Of a stretch of 64,000 nt of DNA, positions 59,604 through 64,000 are shown in pieces. The notes below the pieces were generated by a model, which was not told the DNA's origin, made no database searches, and saw nothing but the letters and a program-made list of their open reading frames with translations. Source of the stretch: Lobosporangium transversale (taxonomy: Eukaryota); the NCBI RefSeq assembly GCF_002105155.1, contig NW_019028992.1, positions 434,001 to 498,000 of the forward strand, in the 5' to 3' direction. The position numbers and the translations under genes were made by a program. Position 1 is the first letter of the stretch; every line of letters starts with the position of its first letter.

Positions 59604-61432
59604 TTACTTCTTCTTGACAGAGGCAGATTTCTTTGTTGTTGAAGAAGAAACAACCTATGAGTTGATCAAGAGATTTTAAAAGGTAAGGAAGCGGAGAGAA
59701 TTTGAAAAAAAATAAAAATAAAAATAAAAAAGCTATTTTTTTTTTTTTACCTTGCGAATTTGACTGAGGTCATCAAGAATATCAGTATCTGTGGCAGCCC
59801 ATTTTGCATTTGGAGGTGCATTTGTTTTTCGCTTTGCATTTTTAGATCCAACCTCTTGTTCATGTCCACGCTTCCTCAGCCGTCGCGTATGATTAGCTCG
59901 CGATGTTGGTTCCAGTGCAAAATCTAGAAATATATATATTTTGAGTGTGACACCTCTTTTCATTTTTTTTTTTTTTTTTTTTTTTTTGTTTTTCTCCTGT
60001 TTACTTTGATACAGAAAAATATCATCCTCAGATAGCTTTTTTTTTTTTTACCATTTGTAATATCCAGGTTTTCTTTATCATCTCGCAATGCTCTTCGTTT
60101 GCTGTCAATAACTGCCAACATTTTTTCTCGAAGTCCTTCACGCTCAGCCTAATTAATATTGAGTTAATATAATTAATAATAAAATAAAATTAATTAAGAA
60201 TAGACAAAAATAATAATAATAAACAGAGTGATATGGATATATAGCTTACCATATAATCCTCTTCTGCAAGCTCCGTTTCCAGTTCATATGCCTGTTGAGC
60301 ACATTCAAACTGATAATCACGATATAAGCGTGCATTAACAATGGTAATATCTCGGGCCTCTGCTAAATCCTCCATTTGATCATGGAAATCAGGGTGGACA
60401 CCTAAATGATTTCAAATAAAAAAAAATTAAGTATTTGAAAAGATTAAGAAAAAACAGAATAAAGCAAATTATTGGAAAATTGAGTAGAACAGAGTAACTT
60501 GTTTTTCTTTTTTGACCATTTAAGATAGCAGCCATTTCTTCCTTGTAGCGAGCCATTTGATAATCATAGATCCTATGAAATTCAAATCAATTAAAATCCA
60601 TTTTTTTTTTTTTTTTTTTGTTTTTTGTTTTTTGGCTGTTCCACGCCAGAAGAAATTAAAGATAATGCTTAATGAGATATCGTTTTTCTTTCTTTTTTTT
60701 TTTTCCCTTTACGTTTGCTTATTCTCCTCGAATTCAAGCTCAAGCTTCAATAATCGCTCCTGAAAATCCCGTGCCCGTTTCTCTTTACGATCCTCTCGTG
60801 TATCCGGTGCCACTAATTTTGTTTTTAAAAAAGAGTTCCACAATAATAATAGTAAGGTTAGACTCGATAAATGAGCGTTAAGAAGAAAAGGAGAGTGAAA
60901 AAAAAAAAAAAAAAAAAAAAAAATAGTTACCATCAGATGAAGCATCGAAATCGTCACCAAGAAAACTAGGACCATCTTCTCCATCATACTCTATACCTCC
61001 TTCAAATACAGAATCATGTTCGTCCATTTCAGAGATAAACCCTCCTCCTGGTGTATAAGAATCGTCACTATCAGATTTTGTATCGTAATGTCCTAGTTGT
61101 GCTTGTCCTTTTGACGATAATGAATGGTTGGAATGATTTGAATGTTTGTTGCTGTTGCTGTTGTTATTGAGGTTGTTATTGTTATTGTTCGTTGAGCCCT
61201 TTTGGTGATGACTTCCACCTGCTCCTTCTTTTACACTGTTCTGATTGTTGTTGGTGCTGTTATTGAGGTTTGGAACGCGTTGTGATCTGCCTGCAGTTGA
61301 GCTCTTCTTTCCAGATGAGGATGAGGTATGACCTGAGTTAGAATGGTTATTGCCTGTATTAGAAACAGAATTCGAATTATGTTTAGAATCAACAGAGGTG
61401 GAAGAAGGCATGGCCTTTTGTGACGGGGGCAT
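59604..61432 (-). CDS. SDS3: Sds3-like Sin3/Rpd3L histone deacetylase complex subunit, multi-exon
   Basis: Low-complexity N/S-rich start, then DRKEKRARDFQERLLKLELEFEENKQ...G.HPDFHDQMEDL.EARD...ARLYRDYQ...LREKML...KRRAL and TRRLRKR coiled-coil segments. Confidence 0.8.
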
Positions 61433-61829
61433 TGGAGAAAAGAGTTTTTTTTTTGTTTCTACTTCTTTTTTATAATGGATAGATGTGAATTTTTTTTTAA
61501 AGGTGAGGTATAAGTGGATATTGCTGTTTTAAAAAAGGTATATTTGATGCAAGTCTTGTAAACAAGTCAGTATTTGTGGTTGATAGAAAGTTGGAGGGGA
61601 AGAGGAGCAGAAAAGAAAAAAAGTTTACCCTGTGGGGGAAGAGGAACATTGACAAGGCAAAGCACCCTCTCCCTCTTTTCTTTTCTCTCCTTTCCCTCTT
61701 TCCCTCGTTCCCTCTTTCCCGATGGCTTGTATATACTGAAATGCCAGTCCCAGAAGCACTGCAGAGATTATTTTTTTTTTTATTGAACACTATTTTATAT
61801 ATATATAAATGTACATCAATAAATCCTTT

Positions 61830-62962
61830 CTACTCCTCGCCTTCAGCCAGTTCCTGGATTTTAGGAGCAGTACCTGACCAAGTCGATGGTGTATACTCTT
61901 CTTCCTTGACCACTGCCTTTGCCTTCTGTTTAGTACTGGCCTTTGAACCAACCGTGGGTTTTGATTTAGGAATGGGTTTTGTAGATGCTGTAGTTTTGGT
62001 GGAAGTACTGGAAGACGATGCTGCTGCTGCCTCTGCTTCTGCAGCCTTTTCTCTCTCAAGCTCTAGTTCTTCTTCCTCCGTGACAATTCGACCTCGTGAC
62101 AAGAAACCTCCCATAGTCCTGCGTTGCTTCTCCTCTGCTTCCTTGGACATTTTCTTTAGTTTTTCCAGTTCTGCTTTGACTCCAGGAACTAAATTTTATA
62201 TTTTATACAAGCGATATGTTTTACCGATCATTATCCTCATTCTCATCCTTATTCTCTTGGCCTTTCCTTTTTGCTCAAGTTGTTTGCAAAATAAAAAATA
62301 AAAAATAAAAATAAAAAAAGACTTACCATTCTCACCCAAACTCAAGAAATCAGCTTCTGCTCCTGCAATATTTCCTTCTGCAGATTTGGCTTGACCACGA
62401 CGGAACTTTGCCTTGACATTATCAGGATCATTCTTTAATGCAGAATTACAAACATCAATGGCTCGTTTATAGTTATTCCGCTTGAGATGGCAAGCAGCCA
62501 TGTTGGCATACACTACTGCCAGGTTGGTTTTGATCACATTCTTTTGTTCCTCACTGACTTGTCCATTTTGAGGATTCATGGCCGACATCATTGGGACCCC
62601 TGCCATCTGGTTATCCAAGCCGCTCAACGCAAGAATAGCCTAGAATTCATTATAAAAAGTGGTGAGGGTAGTGTATTTATTGCCAACTTTTTTTCTTTTT
62701 TTTTTATGATCAGAGTATGCTTCTCAAATTAGATGACATACGATATGATACTGCTTGAGAGCTATGGCAGATTGAATTTGTTTATGAATTATAAAAATCA
62801 ATAATGGTATAGAATGTTAGGTTAAATAATAAGAGACCTTTTGAATTAGTCACTTTGCACTTTTTGAATTGTACCATTATGAATGTCGCCTTGTTTGAAT
62901 GCCTCGTTGCCCATGTCCTTGCTTGCCAAAGCAGAAGTAATCTTGTCCTGTAAGGTAGCCAT
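61830..62962 (-). CDS. TPR-repeat protein, TTC9/FKBP-TPR-like, 4 exons
   Basis: KDMGNEAFKQGD..ALKQYH.AILALSGLD, YANMAACHLKRNNYKRAI, ALKNDPDNVKAKFRRGQA and terminal PKIQEL motif. Confidence 0.85.
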
Positions 62963-63741
62963 ATTGTAGCTGTGTATATGTGAGTGTATCGAAGGTAATG
63001 TAAATGGAAATGGTTGAAATGTATTTTCTGATGAAAATAAAAAAAAAGGGAAAGAGAGTCTGTGGTGTTTTAACAGAGAAAGAAAAAGAAATCGACGGAA
63101 CAATTGGGCGAAAGAAAAAAAAATATTTTTCTCGACCTGTTGACTTTGGGCGACTGTTCGGACTCCATGTGGTACTGTATAAACACCTGAACACTACCAC
63201 ATGTCATTGGCTACTCTACGTCCCTTAAACAATATTCCTAGCATACAGCTGAACTTTTGCAAGGGATGTGCCAATGCTTCGACAAACATGTAACATTTAA
63301 TGGCTACATCACAGCCCTTGGATTGTGGAAGCGCTGAAAGTATGCGGAAAACGGGAACCATTTGTGTTTTTACTAGCAACAAGCGTGGTTTCAAAAAAGT
63401 TTGCCTCCAAGGAACAAATCCTATATCCTTCATTGCTCAAAAGAGACAATCCTGTCTTTTCTGCACCCCAAAAGCTCGCCATAATCCTATTGAAGCGTTC
63501 AGAGGCATTATTTGCCTCATAGTTTGAGGATTAGCAGACTTTCAGTCAAGTTTTATTGTTTTGAACAACACAGTAAATCCTGTCCATTCGAAGTTAGTCC
63601 CTTTGGATGGCAGCTATTCAGGGGATGCTAATCAATTCCGCAGATTTGGAAAACCAACAAACATCGAACAGTCGCCTTGGAGCGTTCGCGTGCAGACTCT
63701 TTAAATCTATTTTGCCACCAATCGATCTTCAGTATTTTGAT

Positions 63742-63779
<38 letters not shown>

Positions 63780-64000
63780 ACATTGTAATTGTACATGTAA
63801 AAAAGCTGATCTTGCTCGAACCACAGAATCACATCGATTCTCCCTCAATCTGTCTATCTCACATCGACATTCTCGTGCATGGACACAATTGTCTCTGAAC
63901 AAATAATTACATTTATTGGGCTACAAAGGTTTGGGCATTAGAATTTTTACAAGAGGATAGGAGATGGATGATGTTGAACATTGACCATGAACTTTGTTGA

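Noticed and set aside
61576..62301. 241-aa plus-strand ORF
   Set aside because: Antisense to the last exon of the TPR gene plus low-complexity intergenic sequence.
63100..64000. Short ORFs at the right edge
   Set aside because: No recognisable domain or consistent splice structure.

Overview
Intron-rich eukaryotic DNA, almost certainly fungal. Gene content, intron style and the many poly-A/poly-T tracts suggest an early-diverging, Mortierellaceae-like fungus (inference, not a database result). About 18 spliced protein-coding genes are recognisable: DJ-1/Hsp31, an A20-AN1 zinc finger protein, SNM1A/Pso2, EAF7, a FUS/EWS/TAF15-type RNA-binding protein, NDUFA9, an orphan ORF, an ANP32-like protein, a membrane-anchored PF05426/PL38-type lyase, a Q-rich AT-hook protein, AFG1 ATPase, an M13 neprilysin, VPS15, cytoplasmic dynein heavy chain, Sds3-like and TTC9-like TPR proteins. 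The most interesting stretch is about 23.5-26.5 kb. It holds a decayed ORF that looks like the C-terminal RuvC/zinc-finger half of a Fanzor (eukaryotic TnpB-derived RNA-guided nuclease), and a young hAT-type MITE (144-bp inverted arms, 8-bp target duplication) nested inside an older non-autonomous hAT-like element. Also notable are a dynein heavy chain that stops where the C-terminal cap would begin and a 54-bp hairpin-forming minisatellite. No rRNA, tRNA or CRISPR array was seen. Exon boundaries were read by eye and may be off by a few bases.
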